Below are positions 30,171-48,235 of a stretch of 64,000 nt of DNA, piece by piece (position 1 is the first letter of the stretch; every line of letters begins with the position of its first letter). Source of the DNA: the human T2T-CHM13v2.0 reference genome, Homo sapiens; NCBI RefSeq assembly GCF_009914755.1, contig NC_060932.1. One strand, 5' to 3'. The notes under the pieces are model-generated. The model was not told the origin of the DNA. It ran no database searches and worked only from the letters and a program-made list of their open reading frames with translations. A program made the translations under genes and the position numbers.

Positions 30171-32055
30171 AAGTAGAATTAAAAATTAAGATACTAAACA
30201 GGGTCCCAAGATTGAAGGGAGTATTTTGCCATTTCCACTTTGCGTGGTGAGAAAAGAGTAGGAGAGGGAACATTGAAGCAGAGGTTCAGAAGGACTAGTC
30301 ATGGAGGAGACAGGGCCAGTCCTCTACCGAACCTCTTTGGGCACCTGTCTCACTCTGGCTACACTCACACCATGGCACCTGTGACCTGTACCTGTGGTTC
30401 CGTTTTGAATATGGGGATCCTTTAAAAATCTAGAATGTATTGGACTCCTAAATGACAACAGTCACTCTTTTCCTAATTGTTTATACACATACAGATTTAA
30501 GGAGACTTTGCAATAATTCTGAGGCTTCATAAACCAGTGCTTCACAACTGAAAACCCCTGACCAATACTACTAATGTGACATAACCATCAACAGAACATT
30601 GGGTAGAGTACTCTTCTATCCAACAGCAATGTAAATTCACTAAAACTGTAGCTTACACTTGTTTGAATGTCTCCACTATCCTCCTCACTGCAGCACCCAG
30701 CAGGTTTACACACAGCAGCATCCCTTCCACTTAAGGGTCTTCCCATGCCTTCTCGGCTCCCACACCAAAAACATTCCAGGTCAAACTGAATCTCCCATTC
30801 TCCCAACTGCAAGAGTATGGGCCACCCACACCTAATAACTCTCTCGAAGGACACAATTGTGTCATTCTCTCTCATTCCCCTTCCACTGTGCCAAACTTCA
30901 TTTAAAACTCTTTGTTCTCTTTCAAATCTGACTCAACCCACTCATGCCAATGGTCTGTGGGCTACTTGTAGACTGGGACAGTGTCTCGATCTGTAGTCCT
31001 GGCCTCAACCACACTAAATGGAGTATGCTCTGTTCCCTAATAATTCACTGTAGTATTTCACTAATAGATCAGGAAACTTGAATGAACACTGAAAAAGTCG
31101 AGCAGCATCACTAGAAAAAGAGCCTGAAATAAAGAGTATATTTTTCCTGTACTATTCTTAAATGCACGTCTTATTGCATTTCTAGAATGCATTGTGTTTT
31201 AAAGCCAACACCTTTATATCTATTTTTCCCATTAGATTATCAAGAAGCTATGTGAGAGAGGAAGGGATACTTTACTTTCTGGACTCAGGGAAACAGTGAC
31301 TAATCCTTACAGTCCTATTCTGGATGGGTTTGACAGAGAGCAGGACCCAGATATCTGAATACAGAGCTTTTGTCACAGATTGCATCTGATAAATTATACC
31401 AACACTCCGGCCCAATGATAATCAACATGACGTCGACAGTTCTCTCTCTTTTGGTCTTTCTAAGATTTAATCCTCTTATTAATCTCGTGTTAGAAATGGA
31501 TTTTATCCCCATTTTACGGATGTGTAAACTGAAATACCAAAAGATGAAATAACTTATCCAAAGTTAGCTACATTTTCTCATAGTGAGTATCTTCTCCTGC
31601 TTGGGCTTCAGCTGATGGGATGTAGAATAAGATCTTTGAAAAATAAAAAGTAAGAGCAGTAACATCCACTGTTGCTATGTGACAGGTACTGTGGTAAGTA
31701 ATATATTTACTAATCTGTTAAATATTCACATCAACCCTACAAAATACTATTTTCTTCATTGTAGAAATAAGAAACCAGGCCCAAGACCCTGAGGCTAGAA
31801 AATGGCAGAGCTCATCTGAGCCAGACTCTGCCTTAACCCTAAAGTTTGTATCCCCTGCTGCGCTTGAAAATCTTGATGTGTGCTCTGGATTAGCTGGGGG
31901 AATCACACATTCAGAGTCCTCCCACCTCACTCCAAGGTGCTCTCCACGCTGGATATGGGAAGGATAAGAACTGAGGCTCTGCCAAAGCTACTAATGCGGG
32001 GAAGCATCCAAAGGGTTGAAACAAAAGACAGACCTTCAAAATGCACTAACGTGCA

Positions 32056-32087
32056 CGCACACACATACACACACACACACACACACA
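32056..32087. repeat. (CA)n microsatellite
   Basis: cacgcacacacatacacacacacacacacaca. Confidence 0.9.
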
Positions 32088-32447
32088 ATATTAATGATTC
32101 CACCACCACGATTATTTTACATATTGCTCCTTTTCTTCTGCATGTCAAAATATTTTAGCCTGTGAAGACCTAGATGACAGGAATAACTGTGCACATAACT
32201 TTTTTAGTTTTATGCTTAGCAGAGTATCAAACACAATTAAGAAGTAAAACCATGTTTTATGGGAGAAAGCTATACTAAAAACCTATTTGCCATTAATGTG
32301 ACTAGAATAAATGTCAGCTTTTTAAATTATATATTTTACATGTAAGGAAGGAAACTACATTTTACTTTCCCAAAAGCAATTTACCACTGGGGAAAAGGTC
32401 TTGGCATAATTTTGTTATTTTATTATGATAAAGGAGACTCTAATTAC

Positions 32448-32502
32448 CTTGACAGAATCCAGTAAACTCTTAGGAAAAAATCGCTTTAAACCAACATCTT
32501 TT
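32448..32502 (-). CDS. PTK2: PTK2/FAK coding exon (55 nt), (E)KDVGLKRFFPKSLLDSVK
   Basis: tttcag|A AAA GAT GTT GGT TTA AAG CGA...TCT GTC AAG|gtaatt; phase 2 to 0; too short for the ORF track and found by reading the sequence. Confidence 0.97.
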
Positions 32503-33244
32503 CTGAAATATAAAAAGAAGCATATTAACAAATAACACCACCAAATCAATTAATATGACAAACTTGCAAGAACATAAAAGCACTGTAAATTATTTATCCT
32601 TCCATATATTATTTAAGAAGGAAACAAGTATAATAATGCTTTAATTTACCAGTATATTCACAGGAAGGATGGGACAAATCATTTTCTAGATATGTACTGG
32701 AAACATGAATACAAGTTGGTTTAAATAGAAATCCTTTTGGTTTTTTCTTTTTTTACCCTTATTGTTGAAAACTCTTCTAAAATATTCCCTCTTTGTAAAT
32801 TATAGTGTATTAAAAACTGTCCTTTTTCAGATATTTCTTGAAGGTTATAAACATCACTTCCAACTGGGTAATACTGTATTTGTAGAGAAAATAGCTAGCC
32901 TGATTAGTAAATGATTCAGGATATACCCGAGAAGTTACAGAAATAAATCCCTTAGGTTTATCCTAAAAGTTGACTATTTTTAAAAATAGACTTTTTTGAT
33001 TAAGTGACTCATTCACTTGTCTCAGTTTCACATTAGGAAAAAACAAACAGATAAATTTATGCCCTAGGTAAAAAAGGTGAATTTATGGAAATGCTGGAAA
33101 TCGCAGCAATGTTCTTTAAGTCAGGCAACAAAATTAAATTGATCATTATTATCAAGAACCTCAACGCTCTGGCCAAGAAAATAGGTTGGAAAGAATAGCT
33201 GATTCTTTTCCTAGTACTTTGGTTACTAACTTACTCAGATGTTT

Positions 33245-33263
33245 TGGCCACTAGGTGTCACTC
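33245..33263 (+). promoter_or_regulatory. Candidate CTCF-binding motif
   Basis: TGGCCACTAGGTGTCACTC versus consensus TGGCCAC(C/T)AG(G/A)(G/T)GGC(G/A)CTA; one core mismatch; motif match only. Confidence 0.55.
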
Positions 33264-34035
33264 GTGTGCTAGCAATGTGAAATAATGCCTCTGACGACAT
33301 TAAGGAACGTCAGGAAACACATAAAAGGATCAAGGAGAAAAGGGAAATACAGGTATCTTTTCAGAATCACATACTATATCACATATAATAAACTGAATAT
33401 AAAGTATCAAGAAACAGGGATGACTTCTTCATCCGTAACTGTTAAGTTAGCTGACGTTATAAACAAAACCAGAGACATCATGTCAGTTTATTTGGTTGAT
33501 ACTATATTCAAACATTTTAAATCCCTTATTCTATAATCTAACTGCTAGTAGTTCCTAAGCCAATGAATTCCTCCTCTGGTAAATTCGAAACTGGTCTCAG
33601 TTCTCATTCTTTCTTATTCTGATATTATGTTCATTACATCCTATAATTCTCTCTCAGCTTCTATGATATACTACTTTCTGGTTTTACCCATCAGTTAATT
33701 CATTTAACTACTGGTTTTACATTTCTGTCTCTAGCCACTTTTGTTTGTAACTTCCCTTCCTTACCTTTACAAAACCATCATTATCTATTTTGACAGTTGG
33801 ATATGAAGGGGGGAAAAGTATCCACACAAGTTCCTCCTTTTCATTTTGCCTCCTAAAAACACAGGGTCTTTGCATTTTAAGAATTTTTATGCCAATCACT
33901 ACGGAAAAGTAGCAAAATTAGTACACAAAAGACACACTCTGGAATCTACAAGGCAGTATTCTTGAGGATTTCTGCCTCTATCTACATTTTCAAGCCACTA
34001 TTCCTTAACAGCAAGCATTTATTTTCATATCAGAG

Positions 34036-34330
34036 TGTTTGTTTTTTTGAGACTGAGTCTCGCTTTGTCACCCAGGCCAGAGTGCAGTAGCCAATCTCAG
34101 CTCACTGCACCCTCTGCCTCCCAGGCTTCGAGCGATTCTCGTGCCTCAGTATCCCAAGTAGCTGGGTTTACAGGCCTGCACTACCACGCCCAGCTATTTT
34201 TTGTATTTTTAGTAGAGATGGGGTCTCACCATGTTGGCCAGGCTGGTCTCGAACTCCTGACCTCAAGTGATCTGCCCGCTTCAGCCTCCCAAAGCGCTGG
34301 GATTACAGGCATGAGCCACTGCGCCCAGCC
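34036..34330 (-). mobile_element. Alu (S-type)
   Basis: Reverse Alu ending gcgcccagcc. Confidence 0.95.
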
Positions 34331-35919
34331 TCAGAGAGTTCTTAATTTGAATCTTGGCTCTGCCATAGGACAGACTTGCTGTTAACACCTGCGAACCTCC
34401 GGTTACTTGTAAAGTGGGGATGTGAACTCCTACTACCATGCAGTGGTGCTGAGGTTTAAGTAAGACTGTTTATGAAGTTCCTGGAATGTGAAGGGGGCAG
34501 TTTCTGTTCTGCCTTAGAAGAAAGCACTGCTGTCTGGACAGCTTCTGGTCCACATGCCCTGTGTCTCACTGTTTACTGCAGAGGGAGGCATGGCCTGACC
34601 TGAGGTTTGCTGGTGGACAGGAGAAGCGGTGAGAAGTGGTGAGATTGAGGGGCTACTGTGGACAAAGAGGCAACAGGGATGAGTGACTGGACATGAGGTG
34701 TGAGGGAATGCTGAAGCTACGCACCGAGAACAGAAAGGTGGGTGGGCATCAACAGTTCTGTTTTAGACATGTGAGGGCCTAAAACAGACCCATGGGCAAG
34801 GTGTACGTGCACGCCCTTCTAGTAGGGATTTCAAGAAGGCAACTGGCCATGTTTCAAGAAGGCAACACACACGTCAGTATTTGGGTGAGGGAAAGACCAG
34901 GGCAGGGAATATCCTCTCCGCCACTGTGTGGCTGTCAACTGCTATTAATCAACCCAGCTACACATCTATTTTTCTCAGAGCCAGGCATAACTAAAGAACT
35001 TACCATATTCATTGCTGTCACAAATAAGAAAGTTAAAGATAAACCAAAAGTGTTGTATGATTCAAGAAAAATGAAAGGAAGCATATGTTTTTTGAAAATA
35101 AAGACGAATACTAGGTATTGCTTTTACTTCAAAGGTGAAGACAACTCCATTAAAAAAAAAAGAAACCTGAAGGCTAATAATTAGCATATATACAGTTTAG
35201 GTTTTCTTAAACTTCTTTTGACTAATAATGAATTTGTAACGTTTGTCCATATGTTAGAACTTTTTTGATACCTGGCAGTTGAGAAAATAAAAATGAGGCT
35301 CAAGTACACAAGGTCATGGTAAAAATTCTGCAACGCTGCCTTTAACACATTTTAATTTAATCTCGAAATCAAACTACTTCAGGTTTTGTGATAGAGGACT
35401 CTGAGCCCACCTAAGGTACTATGTTCAAAGTTTTTAGGGAAAGCCTATTATAGATATCTAAATTTAAAGCCTTAGGAAACCAAACAGGGACTTGTAGGCT
35501 GTCCCATTTTTAATATGAGGTCGCCTCTCTCCATGATCTGTGTGTTTGGGACTGGTTTACAATGTGCACTCTAATCAGCAGTAGTTTTGCCTCAAGTGGC
35601 GTAAAAACCTTCTTTGAGCCCAAACTCTACACAACTGTCCTGTATGCGAATAAAACAACAAATACAACTTACACATCATCAACAAAATATAATTACTAAC
35701 CTTTATCATACAATAATTCCTTACTATATTAACTGTCAAAGGATATGTCCTAAATGCATTTAAACTCATGTAATAAAAAACTAACTCACATGAAGCTTTT
35801 AGAATATTGCCAAACCCCAATTCCCAAACCCAAGCATCAGTTTATTAGATTCCCACATCAGTTCAGAGAAACCTCTTGAACCCATACACAGATGACAAGA
35901 CACTAATATTAGGTTAGAA

Positions 35920-36124
35920 CTGTGTTGTCCAATATACAACCGCTAGTGATATGTAGCTATTTATACTTACATTAGTTGAATTAAATTAAAAATTCTGTTC
36001 CCAACTGCAATGCTCATCACATTTCAAGTGATGAGCAGTCCCATGTGGCTAGAGGCTACCAAACTAGGTGGGGCAGTCACAGAACAGTTCCATTGTCGCA
36101 GAAAGCTGCAATGGGTGGGGCTGG
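35920..36124. mobile_element. MER3 (hAT-Charlie)
   Basis: tgttgtccaatat...cacatttcaagtg...catgtggctagaggctacc...cattgtcgcagaaag; ~205 bp. Confidence 0.75.
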
Positions 36125-37559
36125 GCCAGAGCAATGAATCTAGGACTTCAGCCACCCTCATTCTCTAGGGCTTGGTGCTGTGGGCCCAAAGGCTCCTCAG
36201 TAAGCACAGGGATGGGTGAAATGCATGAGCACTGGGAATAGGTGCAGAGTTACCACAGGGACAACCACTCAAGGTTCTTGCCTTGCTCAGAAAGACTGGG
36301 GAAAGAAGGTATAGAGGCATGAGGAGAGAGCTCTACCATGACAATGCAGAAGGCAGCAGATCTCACAGGAGACAGCTGTATGTTAAGAAGCCTTTCGTTG
36401 GGACTGCTTGTATATACATAGCAGAGGGCTTCTAAGTATTACCTTTCCTACTTCTCTCTCAGGACTAACAAAAACGGTTTCTATGATCTATTCACTAAGA
36501 TTCAAATCATTTAGATTTGAAGCTACAAAGAAAAGAGAGGCTGTATTCATTTACTCCCTCACTGAGACCATATGACATACTAGGCACTATAACAGATCAT
36601 GGGATAGAAAAATCGCTAATATGTTTCCTTTTCTTAAGTGAGATAATTACATAAACAACTAACTACAACACAGTGTGAAAGGTACTATAAGATAAGAGTT
36701 TAAAACCAATACACTTAGCCATCGAGATTTAAGGTTTTTCTGGCCAATTTTAAACAGAACTCTCTTAATGTTTAACTGACCTCTATCCTTTAAGTGAAAG
36801 ATTTAGAACACTGCTGACTGATATGGTCTTCTTTCTCTTTTGCTAAACCTCAGAATCCCATTTAACACTCCACTGATTCCTGTTGCCATTTAGCATTTTT
36901 GGAAAATCCTTAGAGAGCTCTGCCCTCCCACATTCCTGCATGATGACTATGCACCTCCTCATATTCCTCCTTTCACACCACAGTGGCCATCCAGAATGCT
37001 GCAGGAAAAGAGGCTGTGTAGGAGGGCCTCTCCCCACCTGCACCAGCTGACTGCCATCAGCATTCCCCACTCACTGAGATGAATCCTCTAGGTGCCCATC
37101 TAGTCCCAGCCTGTGGCCTTATCCTGCACGTGTATTCATATCCACAAATTCATAACACAGCTGGCTTTTAGAAGCCTCAGATGGGAATCAACTTTCTTTA
37201 CATATTAAAAAGAAACTAAGCTTATTATAAGCACATTTTTAAGTCAAGGATAAATTTATTTCTCTTCTGGCAATATTTCTGAGAAGATTCTTGTCTGTTG
37301 ACCCTGTTTAATATTTTGTGAACATAATCCCTCAAATACTTAAAACCCAGGCAAAAATGCAGCCAAAACTAACTTCAAATATAACTTAAATAGGCATTTC
37401 CATGTAGTAACTCTTACTCTTTCTCCAAAACTGTCAGAATTGAGTATATTTAATTTAGAAATAGTATGGTGGTACTTTCACCTCTAAATTATACTCAAGC
37501 TTCTTAACAGACAAATGTTAAAATTATCTAACTGCAACAGAGATTGCTGTTTCTTAATG

Positions 37560-38530
37560 ACATTCTCCCCTTCATCCTGGGGATGAAGTTGTCTTTTGGC
37601 CAGGTAAAGTGCTGCCTTCCCCAGTCTCTTCTGTAGCAGGTATGGCTATGCGACTATGTTTTCTCCTATGTCCCTCTAAGGGAAAGTATTAAACAGCAGG
37701 TTCATAAATAATGTCATTATTATGTAATGTTGTTTCATTATAGTGTTGATGAGAAAAAAAATTGATTCCCAGCTGGGCCACTATATGGAGTGTGCATGTT
37801 CTCCCTGTGTCTGTGTGGGGTTTCTATGGTTACTCCACTTTCCTCCCACATCCCAAAGATGTGCATGTTAGGGGAACTGGTGTGTCTGAATTGTCCCAGG
37901 ATGAGTGAGTATGGGGTTGGGGGAGTGAGTACTCCCTGTGACGAGAATGGCATCCTGTCCAAGGCTGGCTCCTGACCTGCATCCTGAGCTGCTGGGATAG
38001 GGTCCAGCCACCCACGACCCTGAACTGGAATAACTGGGTAAATAATTATCTGGTTTTTTTTTTAATCAGACTTTTTAAAATGTATGCTTACATTTATTCC
38101 AATGTTTAATATTAGAAGTGTTTTGGGTCTCTACTTAGAAGCTGGGGATGTTTTTGTGACGAGAAACATTCCACAAGAACTTAACTCTTGTTTATATCAA
38201 TTAGCCCACGGTAAAACTGGTTTCACTTTATGTCGTTTCACTTATAGTTTCCAGGAACCTATTGATGTTAAGTGAAGACTTACTGTATACACGTTTGTGT
38301 CCTTGAAAAGAAAAAGAGAATGCCCATCTCTTCCTCCTTCCTGGGGACTAGAATACATACGTGGTGATGAGTGATGTTCAGCAGCCTCTTAGGCTATGAG
38401 GTGGCTATGGATTACAAAATGGTAAAATTAAAGTAACCTGTAGCCCCAATGACTGAGAAACACTGATTGTCTATCACTTCTTTTATATAAGAGAAATAAA
38501 CTTCTGTCTCAGTGAGGCAACCATCAATTC
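37560..38530 (+). mobile_element. MLT1-type (ERVL-MaLR) LTR remnant split by MER6A
   Basis: ttccccagtctcttctgtagc...ggctatgcgacta on the left; cttcctggggactagaat...agagaaataaacttct on the right. Confidence 0.55.
37694..38285 (+). mobile_element. MER6A (TcMar-Tigger), near full length
   Basis: Starts cagcaggttc..., internal ttcctcccacatcccaaagatgtgcatgttagg, ends ...gtgaagacttactg then TA; ~590 bp. Confidence 0.85.
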
Positions 38531-39421
38531 CTGCCAAATCTACCAGCACCTCCTTCTTTGATATTTATTATAAGTAGCTAAAGGATGCAATTGACTACTG
38601 TTGACAAGAAAAATGAAAACAAGTACAGCGATAACTAAGCTCAGCTAATTTTAAACCACAAATTTATCCATTCTAGAAATACCTATGGAATATCTTACAG
38701 ATATCAGATACTATATAATGTGTGGGGAATACATTCCCCGCACAACAGAATGCAGCTCACATTCTCCATAGTGAAGAGAAACAACTATACAAACCACTAT
38801 AGCAAAATATACTAAATGCAAAGATGATTAAAAACAAATTTCTAAAAAAAGGCAAACCACTTAATAAGGAATCAAGCAGAAATGAAAAGTTAGATGGTTC
38901 ATTTAAAATAATTTCACATTATAGTTCTCTAATTTGGGGAATAATTACTGGAAAATAAGAGTCTTCCTTCTCTAATGCCATATTAGAAATCCTAATTTTA
39001 ACACTGTATTGGTTTGTCAATATCAGCAATGTACTTTTAAAGGCTAACGAAAAACATTTTTCTTAAAACATTTGACCTCCTTTGGTAGCTGCCTTCTCTC
39101 CTCCTCACCTCTTATTTACAAATGACGTAAATAAAAGTCTTGTCTGTTTTGCACTCCAGTTGTTCCCTGTTGTGTGAGCCCACAGGAAGTAACGTACCAG
39201 GGACAGGGGTTGGGGGACTTCAGCGTCTTATACTTTTCCTTTGCCTACAAAAAAAGTACCTTGGTTCTTCCTAGATTGGAAAGACATGAAAAGAAAGACT
39301 GATGAACTCTCTAGTTGGTTTAAAGAAAAAACCCTTAAGCTTCTAGATGTATTTGTCACACTCTCAGAAACTATGCCTTAGTGGTAGTAGTAGTACTAGT
39401 ATAACTCAAAATAGTTATTTA

Positions 39422-39730
<309 letters not shown>

Positions 39731-39752
39731 TCATTTAGAAATACAGTAAAGC

Positions 39753-40076
<324 letters not shown>

Positions 40077-40525
40077 TTAGGCTGTAAACAACTGAGTTTG
40101 ACTTTAAAATTCCTGCCGGAATCTAATAAATTATGTGGAACATTTCATGAGTTTTCTTATTAGAAAGGAAAAAGAGAACCATGAAATGAACTAATAAGAA
40201 ACAAGCAGTATTCTGTATTCATGTATAATTCCTTTCTGTACCGAAGAAATATAAATTTCTAAATGGCTCCAAGTTACTAGCCAAAACCAATAGGAAAAAG
40301 AAATGCCAACACACTCCTTGAGAGAGCTGCTGGGGTTCCCAGTTGCTCCTGTGGTAGAACAGCCATGGTGTGTGCATGCGAGTCCCTGCACATCCTCTCA
40401 GCCAGGCCACTCCTAAAGCACTGGCATCAGCCTTTACAATGGCCAAATGCAATATTGTTAAGTATCTTTATTATATAAAATGTAACCAGGTTAATAGTTA
40501 CATTTTCTCTGTTAAGCTATTATCA

Positions 40526-40597
40526 GGCCAGATATGGTGACTCATACCTATAATCTCAGCACATTGGGAGGCCAAAGTGGGAAGATTGCTTGACCAG
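40526..40597 (+). mobile_element. Alu/FLAM 5' fragment
   Basis: ggccagatatggtgactcatacctataatctcagcacattgggaggccaaagtgggaagattgcttga. Confidence 0.8.
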
Positions 40598-40700
40598 CAT
40601 CTGTTAAGCTACCTTTCAAGAACAAGGGTGAAATTTTTTAAAAAGAGACAGATTTAAAAACAGAATTTTATTATCAAAAACTACATATTAAAAACTTCTA

Positions 40701-41049
<349 letters not shown>

Positions 41050-41349
41050 CTACAATGAAGAATGTTTAGGCAACAGGGTGATAAACATGCCGGTTTCTAG
41101 GACGCCCCCAGCACACACACACTAACACAAAGCACGACAGGCAGAAGGGAAACTGTTTTTGGGTTTCTGGACCGACGGTACCTGCAAGGTGGGGATGAAG
41201 AACCCGGCGCTTGGGCACTGAGGTTGGACCTGACGGAGGCGGAAGTGGCATCATTTCCTGGCTCTTGCCAGAAGCCGCAGCAGTGTAAACAAAGCCCCCT
41301 GGAACTCAGCTTGCCCAGTCTAGGGCCACCAGCCTCTAATCCAAGCCAC

Positions 41350-44260
<2,911 letters not shown>

Positions 44261-45679
44261 AGGGCTCAAAATTAAATCAACAGATGAACAATAACATTGT
44301 TTTCTATTTTTTTTTCTTAATGCTCTTTAAAGAAACTCTACAGTTTGGTTTTTATCCTGATTGACAATCAATATCTCCCATGGATAATAATCATAATTAT
44401 AGTCCACATTTATTCAGTGTTGGGTACAAGAGGTATTAAGCTCTTGACATAAATTATCTCATCTAACTCCTTACGACAATCTCATATATAGGTAGGTATC
44501 ACCATTATCCCCATTTTACACGTTTGGAAACAGACACCAAGAGCTTACTAATAAAATTTGGCAAATAGAATAGTCAAGGTGCGATAAGGACTTGAACCCA
44601 GATATTCTGCTTCAAGAGGTCACTCAACTAATCTACTTATATGGAGATAGGGTGCTGAATTCACACAAGTTGTATAACTGCAACGAATCACTACAGTGGA
44701 GCAAAAGCACAGGAATTTAGAAAGAGGGGACAGCAAAATAAGCACAATAGCATCCTAGAACTACAATAAACTAAAGATTCCTCTTTCTTTTAACTATCAT
44801 ATTTACTTACTTTAAATATCACACATATAAATTAACTAAGATGAAACAGCCATATCAAAACAATAGATCATTCAACTTTCCATGCAATCCTCTAAGAAGG
44901 ATCTAATTTACAAACTTATGCTGTGTCTAGCTCTCCTGTTTCAAGTAATAATAATCACAAGCCCTTATGTATAGCAATTCTCATGTTCTCCATTTCACTG
45001 ACCCCTGACAAAAACTGCGTAAGGTTTTGAAAGCCTTTAACACTGGTTAAAGCCCTAAGTTGTCCTCTTCTATTCACCTCTTCTCTGATCATCTGAAGTT
45101 CTGTAATTTCCAGAAATAAGCCAAATTTACACTAACTTCAGTGCAAAATTTGACTCTCATTTCAAACAGATCTTGAACTTAAAATTCTTCTCTCCAAACA
45201 TACCATTCACTAATTCACCTTGACAGACAACCTGCTTTTCTTTCTTTAACTGTTTTGGCTGTTAAAAATATGTCAATGTATTATTCATGGAAATTTCTTT
45301 CAAGTATCTCTCTTCCTGTAACTCTGTATCCTTTTGACAGTATGTCTGGCTCTCTTCATTCCTTTGTATACCTCTGGTTCTCACATAGACTCTAGCTTTC
45401 AGTTACCATTTCATTTTCCTATCTTGGCCTCACATACAGATAGGGTAGAATACAATTCACATTATTCTTTTTCCCCAGCCACTATACTAGAGTAGGCTTC
45501 CACAGTGACCCTGAAAGATGATCACATGTGTTCCTGGAGTCCTCTCTCTGTAACTCAGCCAGGCCACTCAACTAGCACTCCTTTCTTGACTTCACATTAA
45601 CTATTTGCCATCTATTGTACCTTCTTAGATCATCTCTAACTACTTGCTGACCTCAATTCTCCCATCAGGTTTTTTTTAG

Positions 45680-46740
45680 ATAGGCCTTTTATTTTACAAT
45701 AGTTTTAGATTTACAAAAGAGTTACAAAGAGAGTATCCTGTATAGTCCACACCCAGGTCCCCCTACTATTAATATCTTGCATTACTTTGGTACATTTGTC
45801 ACAAATAATAAACCAGTATGGATATATTATGATTAACAAACTCTATACTTTACTCAGATTTCATCAGTTTTCTTCCCCTATCATTTTTCTGTTCCAACAT
45901 CATATGGAGGACACCACATTACCTGTAATCATCCTGTTTCTTTAGGCAACTCCTGGATATGTGAGTTTCTCTGACTTCCACTGTTTCCTTCATGACCTTG
46001 ACAGTTTTGAGGAGTACTGGTTAGGTACTTTGTAAAATGTCCCTGAAGAGGGATTTGTTTGATGTTTTTTCTCGTGATTAGACTGTGGTTATGGGTTTTT
46101 ATTATGAGGAAGGCCACAGAGGTAAAGTGCCTTTCTCAACACATTACATTATGGTTGCACACTATCAACATGACTGATCACTGGTGATGTTGACTTTGAC
46201 CACCTGGCTAAGGTCATGCCTGTCAGGTTTCTTCACTGTAAAATTACTTTTTCCCCACACTTCCTTTCCTTATTATACTCTTTAGAAACAAGCCACTAAA
46301 TGTAGCTCATACGTTAGAGGTGGGTTTTATGCTCCACCTCCTTTGAGAGAGGGTATTTACATAAATTATTTGGAATTTTTCTATAGAGGAAATTTGTCAC
46401 TGCTCCTTTATTTATTTATTCAAGTATCTATATTACTATGGACTCATGGGTATTTAATTTATACTTTGGGTTACAATCTAATACTATGTAACTTAATTTG
46501 TTGCTCGAATTGTTCCAGCTTTTGTCACTGGGAACTCTTTCCACTGGCTCATTCATCCTTTGACACAGCCCCATCGTTTTGCTTTTTGAGCACTTCCTTC
46601 TTTCTGGCACTACAAGCTGCTCTAGGGCTCACCCGTGTATTATTCCTCCTCTCCCTCAAACTGCATTTTTCCAAGCAGCTCTGGTGCCTTCCACTGAAGA
46701 ATGGTACTAGAAACCAAGATCTAAGCACAGGGTACCATAA
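45680..46740 (-). mobile_element. Old L1M (L1MC/MD-like) 3' end
   Basis: ttttagatttacaaaagagttacaaag...catgaccttgacagttttgaggagtactggttagg...gaaggccacagaggtaaagtgcc. Confidence 0.7.
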
Positions 46741-48235
46741 GAGACTTTTTTTAATGCTACTGGTATTTGTCATTTCATAACAGTGAAATAAACCAACATT
46801 TATCTTTCCTTTTTCATTTTAAAAAACATGAATGTTCCCATAGAACTAAAAATCAACATGCTCCGAGTAACTTGTCTTCTTTCTCCTCAAGCACACTCCT
46901 TTTCTGTGACTGGTATCCATAGTGGCCCACGACAGAAAACCAAGAGACTCCTTGGGTTCCTCCCTGTCCCTAATTCAAATGTAATCAGCCTCCAGTCAGA
47001 CTCTACCTCTGCTAGCCCGTGTCTCCATGGCCACTGCTTCCTTCTGTCTCACAGCCTCATCATTCTCACATGGACAAGAAAGGTACAACAGCTTCCTGGC
47101 TCCTTGCTACCATTTTCAATCTTCTTTAATGAAATTCTAATCTCACAAATATGGAATTCTAAATTGCGAATCTCATCATATAATTGTCCTGCTTGAAATG
47201 ATGAGTCAGCGATGCTCAAAGGCCAAGTCCAGACTCTTTGAAGAATGTACTAGATAGGTAATGACCTGGTCCCTGTATACATACCCCTCTCTCCCTCATA
47301 AGAATGGTATTCTATCTACCCCCAACCAACTCAGTTTCCTAACCTTTGCCTGATGGTCCATGTTTCTGTGCCTTTGCAAATGCTGATTTATCCTCTTGAC
47401 TGGCTTCCTGGCTCCCATGCAACAAACCCCACATATCTACACTTTGTGAATCACTCATTCTTTAAGACTTAGGTTAAATAACATCTCCATGTGAAAACAC
47501 CTCACACATCAAGTACCATTCTCCTGTAAACAGCCAGCTGATACTTCCACTTTAGTTTCTAGCACATTATGTTATAATTTTGCTTACTTGTCTGAGAGTC
47601 TTCCTTTTAGTGGAATGCTTCCTGGGGGTTAAAATTTTGTTTTATTTCCGAATCTCTGGCACTTAGCTACAAAGGACTCAGTGTTCAGTTATCTTTTGCT
47701 GAATTAATTATGAAAAAGATGAAGTATAGGGTTTCTAGCCTCCCACGACATAAACTCCACGTTGGGTTAATTTAATACAATCTAATATAACAGTCTGATG
47801 CACACATTAATTTCATTATTGGAAAAATTTCTAGTTATTCTAGATTTTTCTGATACATGAGCAGTAACTTCCGTATCTCTATTTGTGCAAAACAATCTGT
47901 AGTAACTTATACAGAGAACATGAATAATAATTTATAAGCAATTTATAGGCAGCTGTAGAATTCAATATAAATTAGAAAAAAATATCATCTTGCAATGATT
48001 AAATCTACACAAAGTGTATGTTAATGGGCCATATACAATGTTAGCTTTAAGACATCTATCAACAAATCTAAATGTTTATTAACACAATTAATGTCATCAA
48101 GGATTCTGTCCTTTTCCTCTTCTGGATATAAAATTTTAGAAATAGCAGTGTTTCAGAATCAGTATTTAATTTTAAAATAAACTAAGAATTTAGTTCTGCA
48201 TATTTGCAGGTATAGATTGTAAGTACAATACTTAC

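Noticed and set aside
34792-35184. 130-aa plus-strand ORF
   Set aside because: No recognisable protein similarity or gene context; antisense intronic and likely chance.
46343-47196. 145-aa and 122-aa plus-strand ORFs
   Set aside because: They lie in old L1/L2-like remnants, with low-complexity composition and no recognisable domain.
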